From: an uncultured Candidatus Saccharibacteria bacterium | GTDB taxonomy: Bacteria; Patescibacteriota; Doudnabacteria; UBA920 | DNA: 64,000 nt | Direction: 5' to 3' | Assembly: GCA_964650255.1 (NCBI GenBank) | Contig: CAZYQT010000003.1 | Coordinates: 14,619 to 78,618, forward strand | In this document: positions 45,817 to 55,215 of the stretch, piece by piece | Position numbering within the stretch: position 1 is the first letter of the stretch | Layout of the letters: each line of letters opens with the position of its first letter | Notes under the pieces: generated by a model | What the model saw: the letters and a program-made list of their open reading frames with translations, nothing else | Told to the model about the DNA's origin: nothing | Databases searched by the model: none | Made by a program: the position numbers and the translations under genes

Positions 45817-45823
45817 TCTAAAT

Positions 45824-46468
45824 TTGAAAACACTAAAAATAAATGGAGGAAATATGGAACACAATGATAATAACTTTGTCCGGCCCATTAATTATTCTGG
45901 GCTATTAACTAACCTTGGGCCAATAAGTCCCGAGCATGATTTGCCATTTTTGTGGCAATGGATTAATGATCCTGAGGTTGCTAAGTATACCTTGGCGATC
46001 TGGCCCACTCATCTTTATGCTGAGAAAGAGTATGTTGAGAATTTGCACAAGAAAGACAATGATGCAACATTTGCTTTGGAAGCTAAAGAAGAAAAGAAAT
46101 TCATCGGCATGATGGGACTGCATAACATCAGTTACCGAAACGGTACTGCTGTTACAGGTGCAATAATCGGTGATGCTGAATTTCGAGGAAAGCGTTATGG
46201 CGGCGATGCTAAAATGCATCTTCTGTACCACGCTTTCGAGGTCTTGGGTTTGCGGAAAGTTTGTTCGGCAGTGAAAGCTTACAACGTACGGAGCCTTCGC
46301 TACCTAAAAACTAGCGGCTACGAAGTAGAGGGAGTTCGTAAAGAAATGTTCTATTTCGAGGGTTGTTACCATGATGAAATTTTGTTAAGCATCACTCGGA
46401 AAGACTTTTTGCCAAAATGGCGAAAGTACAAAAAGGTGCTGGAAAAAGCAAATGATCTGAAATCGTGA
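45824..46468 (+). CDS. GNAT-family N-acetyltransferase
   Basis: Acetyl-CoA binding block GDAEFRGKRYGGDAKMHLLYHAFEVLGLRKV. Confidence 0.7.
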   Translation: MKTLKINGGNMEHNDNNFVRPINYSGLLTNLGPISPEHDLPFLWQWINDPEVAKYTLAIWPTHLYAEKEYVENLHKKDNDATFALEAKEEKKFIGMMGLHNISYRNGTAVTGAIIGDAEFRGKRYGGDAKMHLLYHAFEVLGLRKVCSAVKAYNVRSLRYLKTSGYEVEGVRKEMFYFEGCYHDEILLSITRKDFLPKWRKYKKVLEKANDLKS

Positions 46469-46472
46469 TTGA

Positions 46473-46500
46473 GTGGCGCGTAACTTTACGCGCCCCTTTA
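46473..46500 (+). terminator. rho-independent terminator
   Basis: ggcgcgtaa/ttacgcgcc stem, TTT. Confidence 0.6.
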
Positions 46501-46508
46501 TTCTCTAT

Positions 46509-46537
46509 TTGAGAAACTAATCATTAATCGGTATAAT
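46509..46537 (+). promoter_or_regulatory. promoter TTGAGA-17-TATAAT placed for leaderless metG mRNA
   Basis: -10 ends 7 nt before the A of the metG ATG (46544), so the predicted TSS coincides with the start codon. Confidence 0.45.
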
Positions 46538-46543
46538 GAGGCA

Positions 46544-47983
46544 ATGACACAGGGAAATTCAGAAAAATTTTATATAACCACAGCGATTGACTACATTAAT
46601 GGCAAGCCGCATATTGGTCATTCTTACGAAAAAGTAGCTGCCGATGTGCTAGCGCGTTTTTACCGTTCCAGACTTGGAACTGATAATGTTCGTTTTTTAA
46701 CTGGCACAGATGAGCATGGGGCAAAGATTGCGGAGTATGCGGCTCAGTCGGAACTGTCTCTCGGTGAATTTGCCGACCAGACCTCGGCGTTTTTCAAAGT
46801 TGCTTGGGATAATTTGAATGTGTCGTATAATCGTTTTATCCGCACCACGGACGAAGATCATGTAAAAGTTGTAGAAGACTTCATTGCCAAAATTAAAGAC
46901 AACGGCTATTTGTATGAGGACGACTACGAAGGGTTGTACTGTGTTGGGCACGAAGCGTTTTTAACAGAAAAAGATTTGGTTGATGGCTTATGCCCTGATC
47001 ATAAAACTAAACCGCAAATCATTAAAGAAAAAAATTGGTTTTTTCAAGTTTCAGAGTTTACAGATGCGATTAAGTTGAAAATCGAAGCTGGCGAATTCAA
47101 TATTTACCCGCAATCTGCACGTAAAGAAATTTTGAGCATGCTCAATGAAGGCTTTAACGATATTGCGGTGACCAGGCCGAACGTAAAGTGGGGTATTCCT
47201 GTTCCTTGGGATAAAGAGCAAACTATTTATGTGTGGGTGGATGCGTTAATAAATTATTTTACTGGCGCGCAAACAGAAAATGGAGCAAATTTTTGGCCAG
47301 CAGATGTGCATGTTATTGGTCCAGACATTGCAAAGTTTCACTGTATAATTTGGCCGGCCTTACTTTTGGCTGCTGGTTACGATATGCCAAAGGGCGTGGC
47401 TGTGCATGGGTTTCTGACTTTAAATAATCAGAAAATTTCTAAAACCACAGGCAATATTATTGATCCAAATGAATGGGTGGAAAAGTATGGTGCCGATGCG
47501 GTGCGTTACTTTTTGCTACGCGAAGTACCGTTTGATTCTCATGGCGATGTTAGTGAAGAAAAGTTGCGTGCGCGCTACGACGGCGACTTGGCTAATGGCT
47601 TAGGGAATTTGGTTAGCCGTGTTACAACCTTGGTTGAAAAATATTTAGATGGAGTGATCCCGCGTGGGACTGTGCCTGATCAGGTTGATGTTCCGGCAGC
47701 AATTGAAGAACCAATTCAAAATTTTCGTTTCCACGAAGCTCTCGCTGAGATTTGGAAAGAAGTTGCACGCGCTAATAAAATTGTTGATGAAACAAAATTA
47801 TGGGAATTGGGAAAAACAGACTTAGAAGAATTTGCTCGTGTAGCAAAAGAAGTCTTGGTAATTATTGAAACCGTTGCCAAACAGTTATTGCCATTTATTC
47901 CAGAGTCTGCGCAAAAGATTTTGGATGCTGTGCAAGCCGAAAAAATTACTAAAGTGGAACCATTGTTTCCGAGAATTGGATAG
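46544..47983 (+). CDS. metG: methionine--tRNA ligase (core form without C-terminal dimerisation domain)
   Basis: HIGH-type motif KPHIGHSYE, KMSKS-type motif NNQKISKTTGN; 479 aa. Confidence 0.9.
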   Translation: MTQGNSEKFYITTAIDYINGKPHIGHSYEKVAADVLARFYRSRLGTDNVRFLTGTDEHGAKIAEYAAQSELSLGEFADQTSAFFKVAWDNLNVSYNRFIRTTDEDHVKVVEDFIAKIKDNGYLYEDDYEGLYCVGHEAFLTEKDLVDGLCPDHKTKPQIIKEKNWFFQVSEFTDAIKLKIEAGEFNIYPQSARKEILSMLNEGFNDIAVTRPNVKWGIPVPWDKEQTIYVWVDALINYFTGAQTENGANFWPADVHVIGPDIAKFHCIIWPALLLAAGYDMPKGVAVHGFLTLNNQKISKTTGNIIDPNEWVEKYGADAVRYFLLREVPFDSHGDVSEEKLRARYDGDLANGLGNLVSRVTTLVEKYLDGVIPRGTVPDQVDVPAAIEEPIQNFRFHEALAEIWKEVARANKIVDETKLWELGKTDLEEFARVAKEVLVIIETVAKQLLPFIPESAQKILDAVQAEKITKVEPLFPRIG

Positions 47984-47985
47984 CT

Positions 47986-48576
47986 ATGCAAGTTGAATTT
48001 GAAGCAACTTTTGAAAAAATAGATAAGGACCAAATTCGCCAAAAGCTAAAATCAATTGGAGCGACTTTGGTGCGTGGGGAATACATGCAAAAGCGATCTG
48101 TTTTTAATATGCCTGCAGGTCATGATATTAAGGGTGGCTGGCTTCGAGTTAGGGATGAGGGCGATAAAATTACTATGAGTTTAAAAGCGGTAGATGGAGA
48201 AGGTATAGAAAGTCAAAAAGAAATTGAAATTACCGTTAGCAATTTTGATGACGCTGTGGCATTGTTAGAAAATATTGGTTGCAAGAAAAAGGCCTATCAA
48301 GAATCTTTACGTGAACTTTGGCAATTAAATAACGTTGATATCACTATTGATGAGTGGCCATTTTTAGAACCATTTGTTGAGGTTGAAGGGAAGTCGGAAA
48401 AAGACGTGAGAGAAGTCGCCGAAAATTTAGGTTTTGACTATTCCGAAGCTTTGTTTGATTCAGTGGATGCCCAATACAGCGAAAAGTACAATATTAGCAA
48501 AGAGGCAGTCAACCAACGCACTCCTGAGATTTTATTCGATATGGAAAACCCATTTCTTAACCGCACTGATCAATGA
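47986..48576 (+). CDS. CYTH-domain protein (CyaB/thiamine-triphosphatase-like)
   Basis: N-terminal EFEATF..., acidic beta-barrel pattern, 196 aa. Confidence 0.5.
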   Translation: MQVEFEATFEKIDKDQIRQKLKSIGATLVRGEYMQKRSVFNMPAGHDIKGGWLRVRDEGDKITMSLKAVDGEGIESQKEIEITVSNFDDAVALLENIGCKKKAYQESLRELWQLNNVDITIDEWPFLEPFVEVEGKSEKDVREVAENLGFDYSEALFDSVDAQYSEKYNISKEAVNQRTPEILFDMENPFLNRTDQ

Positions 48577-49436
48577 AATTCATAGACACGCACACCCATA
48601 TAAATTTACGGGCTTTTAAAGACGATGCCGAAGCTGCTATTCAACGTGCCTTAGACGCAGGGGTTGCTATAGTTAATGTTGGCACTCAAATTGATACCAG
48701 CCGCCAAGCCGTGGAACTTTTAGAAAAATTTGATCAAGATGTATATGCAGTTATTGGCCTTCACCCAGTGCACACTTACGCGCATGATTTTGAAGATGAA
48801 GAAGAGGTAAAATTCAAAACCCGAGAAGAGAGTTTCGAGCAAGCATTGTATCAAGAACTATTACAGTCTCCGCATGCAGAACGCATTGTTGGAATTGGGG
48901 AGTGTGGCTTAGATTATTATCGCTTGCCAGAAGATCGTGATCATAAAGAAATCAAACAGTTACAGCGAACAGCTTTTGAAAAACAAATTCAATTTGCGTT
49001 AGAAAATAACAAAGCCTTGTGTGTTCACTGCAGACCAACAGACGGCACTGCCGATGCCTATGAAGATTTACTAGAAATAATCAAACAAACTATGTCGCAA
49101 AATCCAGAACTTCGTTTCGAAGTTCACTGCTTTACCGGCGATGCGGCAACAGCTTTAAAATTTACAGATCTCGGCGGCTTTATTGGTTTAAACGGTATTA
49201 TTACTTTTGATAAAACAGAGCGCAGTAAGGAAGTAGTGCAGGCTGTGCCACTAGAAAATATTATTTTAGAAACAGACGCACCATACCTTTCACCAAAGTC
49301 TATGCGCGGCAAGCGCAACGAACCTTCTTACTTGCCTGAGGTTGCAGAGAAAATAGCTGAGTGGAAAAATATTTCTTTAGAAGAAGTTGCAGCTCAAACT
49401 ACAGTGAATGCAAAAAAACTTTTTAATATTGCATAA
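48573..49436 (+). CDS. TatD-family metal-dependent hydrolase
   Basis: FIDTHTHIN, GECGLDYY, HCRPTDG, ILETDAPYL motifs. Confidence 0.85.
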   Translation: MKFIDTHTHINLRAFKDDAEAAIQRALDAGVAIVNVGTQIDTSRQAVELLEKFDQDVYAVIGLHPVHTYAHDFEDEEEVKFKTREESFEQALYQELLQSPHAERIVGIGECGLDYYRLPEDRDHKEIKQLQRTAFEKQIQFALENNKALCVHCRPTDGTADAYEDLLEIIKQTMSQNPELRFEVHCFTGDAATALKFTDLGGFIGLNGIITFDKTERSKEVVQAVPLENIILETDAPYLSPKSMRGKRNEPSYLPEVAEKIAEWKNISLEEVAAQTTVNAKKLFNIA

Positions 49437-50032
49437 TGGAAATTGACGGACTGATCAAATTCATCGAGCTAACAAATCGATTTCGTGAAATTGAAAGGGT
49501 TATCTTAATAAAAGGGTCAGATAGATTTGAAAATGATCTCGAGCATTCGTATCAGCTTGCAATTTGTGCGTGGTATGTAATTACTACAAAGAAGCTACCG
49601 TTAAGTGTTGAGAAAGCCATGAAGTATGCATTGGTTCACGATTTGGTGGAAGTGTATGCTGGTGATGTATTTTTCTATGATCAAGAAGATCCAGCAGTGG
49701 CACAGAGAAAGAAGGAGAGGGAAAAAGAAGCTGTAGACATGTTGCGCAAAGAATTTCAGGAGTTCCCTGATATGGCTGACTTTATTGATAATTATCAGAA
49801 TAAGTCTGAAGAAGAAAGCAGATTTGTTTATGCTTTAGATAAAATTATCTCGCCTATAAATATTTATCTTGATGGCGGACGGATATGGCATCAACACAAT
49901 ATTACATTGGAGAAGCTTTATAAGGCCAAAAAACCCAAAGCCGATGCTTACCCGGAGGTGGGGAAATATTTTGATGAGCTCAAAGAAATTTTGGACAAGC
50001 ATCCAGATTTTTTCCCGGGAGAAGTTAAGTGA
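49436..50032 (+). CDS. HD-domain phosphohydrolase (YfbR-like)
   Basis: H...HD motif (EHSYQLAI...LVHDLVEVYAGD). Confidence 0.65.
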   Translation: MEIDGLIKFIELTNRFREIERVILIKGSDRFENDLEHSYQLAICAWYVITTKKLPLSVEKAMKYALVHDLVEVYAGDVFFYDQEDPAVAQRKKEREKEAVDMLRKEFQEFPDMADFIDNYQNKSEEESRFVYALDKIISPINIYLDGGRIWHQHNITLEKLYKAKKPKADAYPEVGKYFDELKEILDKHPDFFPGEVK

Positions 50033-50595
50033 ACTATTCAAGAGAGCAAGCAATAGATTTAATTTTGCAGCACCGACCAGATTGTCCTAGGGAGGTTGTT
50101 GAATCTTTGGTGCTATTGGATGTAAATTTTTTTGGTTTTGACAATCAAATACACGACGGGCAAATTGTTGTGCATAAAGATTTAATGCAAGACACTTTGG
50201 ATTTGTTTCAATTCATGCTAGAAAAAAAATTTCCACTGCAAGAAGTTTCGCCAATTGTAAAATACAATTGGGACGATGAAGTATCGATGTCGGCAAACAA
50301 TAGCTCCGCGTTTAATTATAGGACTATCATTAATACAGATAGGATTTCTTTGCACGGGCTTGGGCGCGCGATTGATATCAATCCAAAAATCAATCCAGTG
50401 ATAACTGGGTTAAAGCCTGAACAAATCAAAATTACCCAACCAGCGAATGGTACTTACGACCCCTCTGCGCCAGGGACTTTATTTACTGGTCACGAGGTAG
50501 TGGAATTTATGAAGGCGCGTGGTTGGGAATGGGGAGGTGACTGGCACGACCAAAAAGGTTATAAAGATTATCAGCATTTTCAAAAGCCAAGCTAA
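50029..50595 (+). CDS. M15-family metallopeptidase (VanY/endolysin-like)
   Basis: SLHGLGRAIDINP (H-x6-D zinc motif) and C-terminal GGDWHDQKGYKDYQHFQ. Confidence 0.5.
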   Translation: MNYSREQAIDLILQHRPDCPREVVESLVLLDVNFFGFDNQIHDGQIVVHKDLMQDTLDLFQFMLEKKFPLQEVSPIVKYNWDDEVSMSANNSSAFNYRTIINTDRISLHGLGRAIDINPKINPVITGLKPEQIKITQPANGTYDPSAPGTLFTGHEVVEFMKARGWEWGGDWHDQKGYKDYQHFQKPS

Positions 50596-50642
50596 AGCTG
50601 ATATAATAATATTGATCGGTAACTTTCAGAAACCAAAAACAA

Positions 50643-51797
50643 ATGACATTTCACGAACACTTTCACCTACCACATTATTTTACTGCGAAAATTCGCGGTC
50701 AGATTGAGCACTTGTATGCATCAGTGGCAATTGCCAATTTGTCCCAAGCAATTATTACCTTGTTTGAGCCAATTTTTTTATACCACGTGGTTGGTTTAAC
50801 GGTGGTGCAGTTGTTGTTATTTGTTGCAGCAGTATACGCACTTTATATTTTATTGATTCCTTTCGGTGGCAAAATTGCGGCAAGGTTTGGATACGCGCAT
50901 GCTATTTTCTTTAGTATTCCATTCCAAGTATTATTTTGGTTTTTGATTCTAGGTTCAGAAAAAAATGTCTTACTGCTAATCCCAGCAGCTCTGGCCTTCG
51001 CTATTCAAAAGTCTTTATATTGGCCAGCTTTGCACGCCACGCTAGCCCGGTTTTCGAAGAAGAAACAAATGGCTCGTGAGTTTAGCATGATGTATGCCAT
51101 TATGAATCTAATGCAAATCGTCGGCCCAATGATCGGCGGATTTTTATCTGCAATATGGGGTATCGAAGTGATTTTTATCATTAGTTCGATAGTTTATTTT
51201 TGTTCAGCTATCCCGTTATTTTGGTCCAAAGAAAAATTTATTTATAAACCGTATCGATTTCATGACACGTGGGCATTATACAAAAAATATCCCACAAGAT
51301 TTTTTGGCTATTTGGGCTTCGGAGAAGAAATGTTGGTGTTAACAATTTGGCCGGTATTTATGTTTATGATACTTAACAACTACCAAGACACTGGTTCTTT
51401 GGTAACAGTTGCGACTTTGGTGGCCACTGGACTTGGTTTGTATATAGGGTTTTATACAGATAAACATAGCAAACATTCATTGCTGAGGGCAGGGACATTA
51501 ATTTACGCTTTGACTTGGCTGGCACGTATTCCGGTAATTTCTGCTTTCGGAGCATTTATTACTGATGCGTTATCGCGCACGACCAAGAGCTTGGTGTTCA
51601 TACCAGCATCAACCATTACTTACGAAAACGCTGAGAATACTCACATCATGCCTTACATTGTCGGTTTCGAGCAGATGTTGTCAGTCGGTAAGCTTTTTGC
51701 GGCTTTGTTGGGTATGGTTGTGTTCGCGGCAACCGGTAGTTTTGTAGCGCTATTCATTTTAGCGGCCGTGTTCTCATTATTCTACTTTTTGATATAA
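50643..51797 (+). CDS. MFS-like polytopic membrane transporter
   Basis: Twelve predicted TM helices. Confidence 0.45.
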   Translation: MTFHEHFHLPHYFTAKIRGQIEHLYASVAIANLSQAIITLFEPIFLYHVVGLTVVQLLLFVAAVYALYILLIPFGGKIAARFGYAHAIFFSIPFQVLFWFLILGSEKNVLLLIPAALAFAIQKSLYWPALHATLARFSKKKQMAREFSMMYAIMNLMQIVGPMIGGFLSAIWGIEVIFIISSIVYFCSAIPLFWSKEKFIYKPYRFHDTWALYKKYPTRFFGYLGFGEEMLVLTIWPVFMFMILNNYQDTGSLVTVATLVATGLGLYIGFYTDKHSKHSLLRAGTLIYALTWLARIPVISAFGAFITDALSRTTKSLVFIPASTITYENAENTHIMPYIVGFEQMLSVGKLFAALLGMVVFAATGSFVALFILAAVFSLFYFLI

Positions 51798-51855
51798 ACA
51801 TTAGTAATATCTGGTTGTGTTTGTAAACCTGGCGTTTCCTGGTATATTTAAGAGT

Positions 51856-53109
51856 ATGAGATTAGACTTTTTAGAAAAAATTGATCCAAATGTAGCAGAT
51901 ATTATTCACGCCGAAGAACAGCGCCAAAAAGAGGGAATTGAAATGGTTCCATCGGAGAATTACGTGTCGAGCGCGGTTTTAGAAGCTTTGGGTAGCGTGC
52001 TAACGAATAAATATTCAGAAGGTTATCCTGGCAAGCGCTATTACGGCGGTCAACCGAATACTGATGCAATTGAGTCTTTGGCAATTAATCGGGCCAAAGA
52101 ATTATTTAAAGCTGAACACGCCAATGTGCAAACACATTCGGGGGCACCGGCTAACATTGCGGTGTATTTAGCGTTATTGCAGCCGGGCGATACAGTTTTG
52201 GGTATGGATTTGTCGCATGGTGGTCATTTAACGCATGGCCATCCTGTCACTCAAGCCGCCAAGTTTTACAACTTCATTCGTTACAAAATGAAAGATGTTA
52301 ATACTGGTGAAATAGATTATGATCAGCTGCGCGAAATGGCGTTAAAGGAAAAGCCGAAAATTATTTTGGCTGGCTTTTCTAGTTACCCACGAGAAATTGA
52401 TTATGCAAAAATGAAAGCTATTGCTGACGAAGTCGGGGCAGTAACTATGATGGACGCCGCGCATATTGCAGGACTTATAGCAGCAGGGGAACTGCGTAAT
52501 CCCTTTGATGATGGTTTCGACATAATTACTTCTACCACCCACAAAACTTTGCGTGGTCCGCGCGGCGGTTTGATTATGTGCAAAAAAGATTTTGCTCCAG
52601 CAATAGACAAAGCTGTGTTCCCGGGTTTGCAAGGCGGCCCGCATATGAACAATGTAGCTGCTAAGGCGGTAGCATTTGGTGAGGCTTTGCAACCAGAGTT
52701 TAAAGTTTATGCCAAGCAGGTCCTGAGTAATGCACAAGCTTTGGCGAGTGCACTGCAAGAGCGTGGTGCTCAATTGGTGACTGGCGGCACCAGCAATCAC
52801 ATGATGCTAATTGATACAGTGGCATCTTACAATTTACCAGGAAAATTTGTTCAGGACCTACTCGATGAAGTGGGAATTACTCTGAACAAAAATGTTTTAC
52901 CAGACGATCCGCGTGGTCCGCTCGATCCGAGTGGGGTCAGGCTGGGTACCCCAGCGATTACTACTCGTGGCGCAAAAGAAGATGATATGGTTAAAATCGC
53001 AGATTGGATTGTACAAACGATTAAAAATCCAGAAGACAAAGTTTTGCATGAAAAAATTAAAGCGGAAGTGCGTGAATTCAGTTTGCAAATTCCTGTGCCA
53101 GGAGTTTAA
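51856..53109 (+). CDS. glyA: serine hydroxymethyltransferase
   Basis: SENYVS, PLP site THKTLRGPRGG; start set to Met preceded by SD AAGAG (the ORF-track start at 51817 has no SD). Confidence 0.93.
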   Translation: MRLDFLEKIDPNVADIIHAEEQRQKEGIEMVPSENYVSSAVLEALGSVLTNKYSEGYPGKRYYGGQPNTDAIESLAINRAKELFKAEHANVQTHSGAPANIAVYLALLQPGDTVLGMDLSHGGHLTHGHPVTQAAKFYNFIRYKMKDVNTGEIDYDQLREMALKEKPKIILAGFSSYPREIDYAKMKAIADEVGAVTMMDAAHIAGLIAAGELRNPFDDGFDIITSTTHKTLRGPRGGLIMCKKDFAPAIDKAVFPGLQGGPHMNNVAAKAVAFGEALQPEFKVYAKQVLSNAQALASALQERGAQLVTGGTSNHMMLIDTVASYNLPGKFVQDLLDEVGITLNKNVLPDDPRGPLDPSGVRLGTPAITTRGAKEDDMVKIADWIVQTIKNPEDKVLHEKIKAEVREFSLQIPVPGV

Positions 53110-53111
53110 TA

Positions 53112-53918
53112 ATGGAAATATTTCAAGCGTTTATTTTGGGAATGGTTCAAGGGTTGGGTGAGTTTTTGCCCATCTCCAGTTCGGCACACTTAATCCTTGC
53201 GCCGTGGTTGTTCAAATGGACCGACCCAGGTTTAGCTTTCGACGTTGCATTGCATTGGGGAACGCTACTGGCTGTAGTCGCGTATTTTTATAAGGAAATA
53301 TGGAAAATATTTCTCGGTTTTATGCGTTCCCTTACCAAGAAAGGCCGTGATATTAAAAATGATATTTATCAGCGCCTAGCCTGGCTGCTGATCTTGGCAT
53401 CAATTCCTGGAGCAATAATAGGAAAGTTGTTAGAACAGCAAGCAGAAACAAGTTTCCGTAGCCCCATTTTAATTGCCGGCACTTTGGCGGTGGTGGGCGT
53501 AATTTTGTGGCTATCAGATTTATACGGCCGGAAGCAAAAAGATATTGAACATATTAAGTGGTTGAATGCGCTTATCATTGGATTTAGTCAAGCGCTAGCA
53601 ATTATCCCTGGCGTATCTCGAAGTGGCGCGACTATTACTGCTGGACTTCTACAGGGATTCAAAAGAGAAGATGCGGCCAAGTTCAGCTTTTTAATGTCTA
53701 TCCCCATTATACTTGGGGCCGGAATTTTTAAATTACCTGAGATTGCTAACATTCAAAATACAGGTGCCTTAGCGGTTGGATTTATTTCATCAGCAGTGTT
53801 TGGGTTTTTGGCTATCAAGTTTATGCTTCAATATTTAGCACATCGTACTTACGCGATTTTTGCTTGGTATAGATTTGCCCTTGCGTTAATAATTGTTTTG
53901 GTTTATTACTTTCGTTAA
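53112..53918 (+). CDS. uppP: undecaprenyl-diphosphatase
   Basis: GLGEFLPISSSAHLIL N-terminal motif and GVSRSGATI. Confidence 0.9.
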   Translation: MEIFQAFILGMVQGLGEFLPISSSAHLILAPWLFKWTDPGLAFDVALHWGTLLAVVAYFYKEIWKIFLGFMRSLTKKGRDIKNDIYQRLAWLLILASIPGAIIGKLLEQQAETSFRSPILIAGTLAVVGVILWLSDLYGRKQKDIEHIKWLNALIIGFSQALAIIPGVSRSGATITAGLLQGFKREDAAKFSFLMSIPIILGAGIFKLPEIANIQNTGALAVGFISSAVFGFLAIKFMLQYLAHRTYAIFAWYRFALALIIVLVYYFR

Positions 53919-53927
53919 AGTCGATAA

Positions 53928-54482
53928 GTGCAGCATGTTCCTATGATTAAGCATTCTACTTACCTTGAATATCAAGAAGCGCTTCATGGGAATAAGTTGT
54001 TCCGTGCGTTCTGGGAATTTTGGGGGAACCATTCTTTTGTATTTTTTGTTGCCGCTGGTATTTACGCGCTTGCCAATCCAGAATATGCAGTCGCTGCCAG
54101 ACAATTATCAATTTTATTGATTGCTGCTCTACTAATTGCTCGTGGCATAGTCGTGACTATCATCAATGCCATATATGAAAGACAAAGGCCATACCAAGTC
54201 TATGGTTTCGTCCCAATTACTTCTCGATTTTTTTCATTCACTACACGGATACCAAATTCATTTCCATCGCGGCATGCCACAGTTTTCTTTGCCTGGTCTA
54301 CTGTGGTGAGTTTGTTTTTCCCGGGGTTGGGTGCTGCTCTTGTGGCCGTATCTCTTGCAACAGGCGTGGCGAGGGTGGTGTTGGGGTACCATTGGTCATC
54401 AGATGTCATAGCAGGAGCTTTAATAGGTACTTTGGTGGGGTATTTAACTGTTTTGATTGGTCACCCTTTACTATTTACTTAA
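53928..54482 (+). CDS. PAP2-family phosphatase
   Basis: PAP2 motifs PSRHAT and GYHWSSDV. Confidence 0.8.
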   Translation: MQHVPMIKHSTYLEYQEALHGNKLFRAFWEFWGNHSFVFFVAAGIYALANPEYAVAARQLSILLIAALLIARGIVVTIINAIYERQRPYQVYGFVPITSRFFSFTTRIPNSFPSRHATVFFAWSTVVSLFFPGLGAALVAVSLATGVARVVLGYHWSSDVIAGALIGTLVGYLTVLIGHPLLFT

Positions 54483-54522
54483 AGGTTAAAATTTGCTAAA
54501 ATTGTAAGGATTTTAGTAATTA

Positions 54523-54608
54523 GCCGGCGTGGTGGAATGGGATACACGAACGACTCAAAATCGTTTGTCCTTACGGACATGTGGGTTCGACTCCCACCGC
54601 CGGCACCA
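54523..54608 (+). tRNA. tRNA-Leu (anticodon CAA), class II with long variable arm, CCA encoded
   Basis: Acceptor GCCGGCG/CGCCGGC, anticodon stem AACGA/TCGTT with loop CTCAAAA, variable arm TGTCCTTACGGACATGT, T-arm GGGTTCGACTCCCAC. Confidence 0.8.
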
Positions 54609-54614
54609 AAATAA

Positions 54615-55214
54615 ATGTATTACACAAAACCCGTCAAATGGAATAGAGAAGTCTTGGCTTATCTTGTTGGTGTGGGTTTAGGTGATGGAAACCTATCTAA
54701 GGTAAACGGTAGAGCTGTTAGGTTAAGGATATCTTGTGATTTAAAGTATCCTTTTTTGATTACAGAAATTATCGCTGCTATTAAATATGTTTTACCAGAA
54801 AGCAGTGTTGGTTTAGTTCCCAATAGTAGAAGGTGCGTCAATATTGTATCGTATTCAAACTACTGGGAAACAATACTTGGCTGGAAAGCTCTATTGGGTA
54901 GCAAGTTTGCACAGAATGCTCGCGTACCCGATTGGATTTGGTATAAAGATGAATATGTTAAAGCTTGCTTAAAGGGATTGATTGAAACTGATGGATCAAT
55001 TTACAATGATCGCGGATATCCCATGGTTATGTTTACTAATGTTGTTAAGGATTTAGCAATGGATGTTTTTGAAATGATGCAATGGCTTGGATATAAGCCT
55101 AAGGTTTATAGTATGTTGCCAAAGTCTGAATTTAATAGACAGAGATTTTATCATGTTCGTCTTTCTAGACAAGTGCAAGATTTTTTAAATTTAATTCAAC
55201 CAGTAAAAGCTTGA
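54615..55214 (+). CDS. free-standing double-motif LAGLIDADG homing endonuclease
   Basis: Two LAGLIDADG motifs, LAYLVGVGLGDGNL and LKGLIETDGSIY, about 100 aa apart; starts 7 nt after the tRNA-Leu CCA and ends 1 nt before parB. Confidence 0.7.
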   Translation: MYYTKPVKWNREVLAYLVGVGLGDGNLSKVNGRAVRLRISCDLKYPFLITEIIAAIKYVLPESSVGLVPNSRRCVNIVSYSNYWETILGWKALLGSKFAQNARVPDWIWYKDEYVKACLKGLIETDGSIYNDRGYPMVMFTNVVKDLAMDVFEMMQWLGYKPKVYSMLPKSEFNRQRFYHVRLSRQVQDFLNLIQPVKA

Positions 55215-55215
55215 T

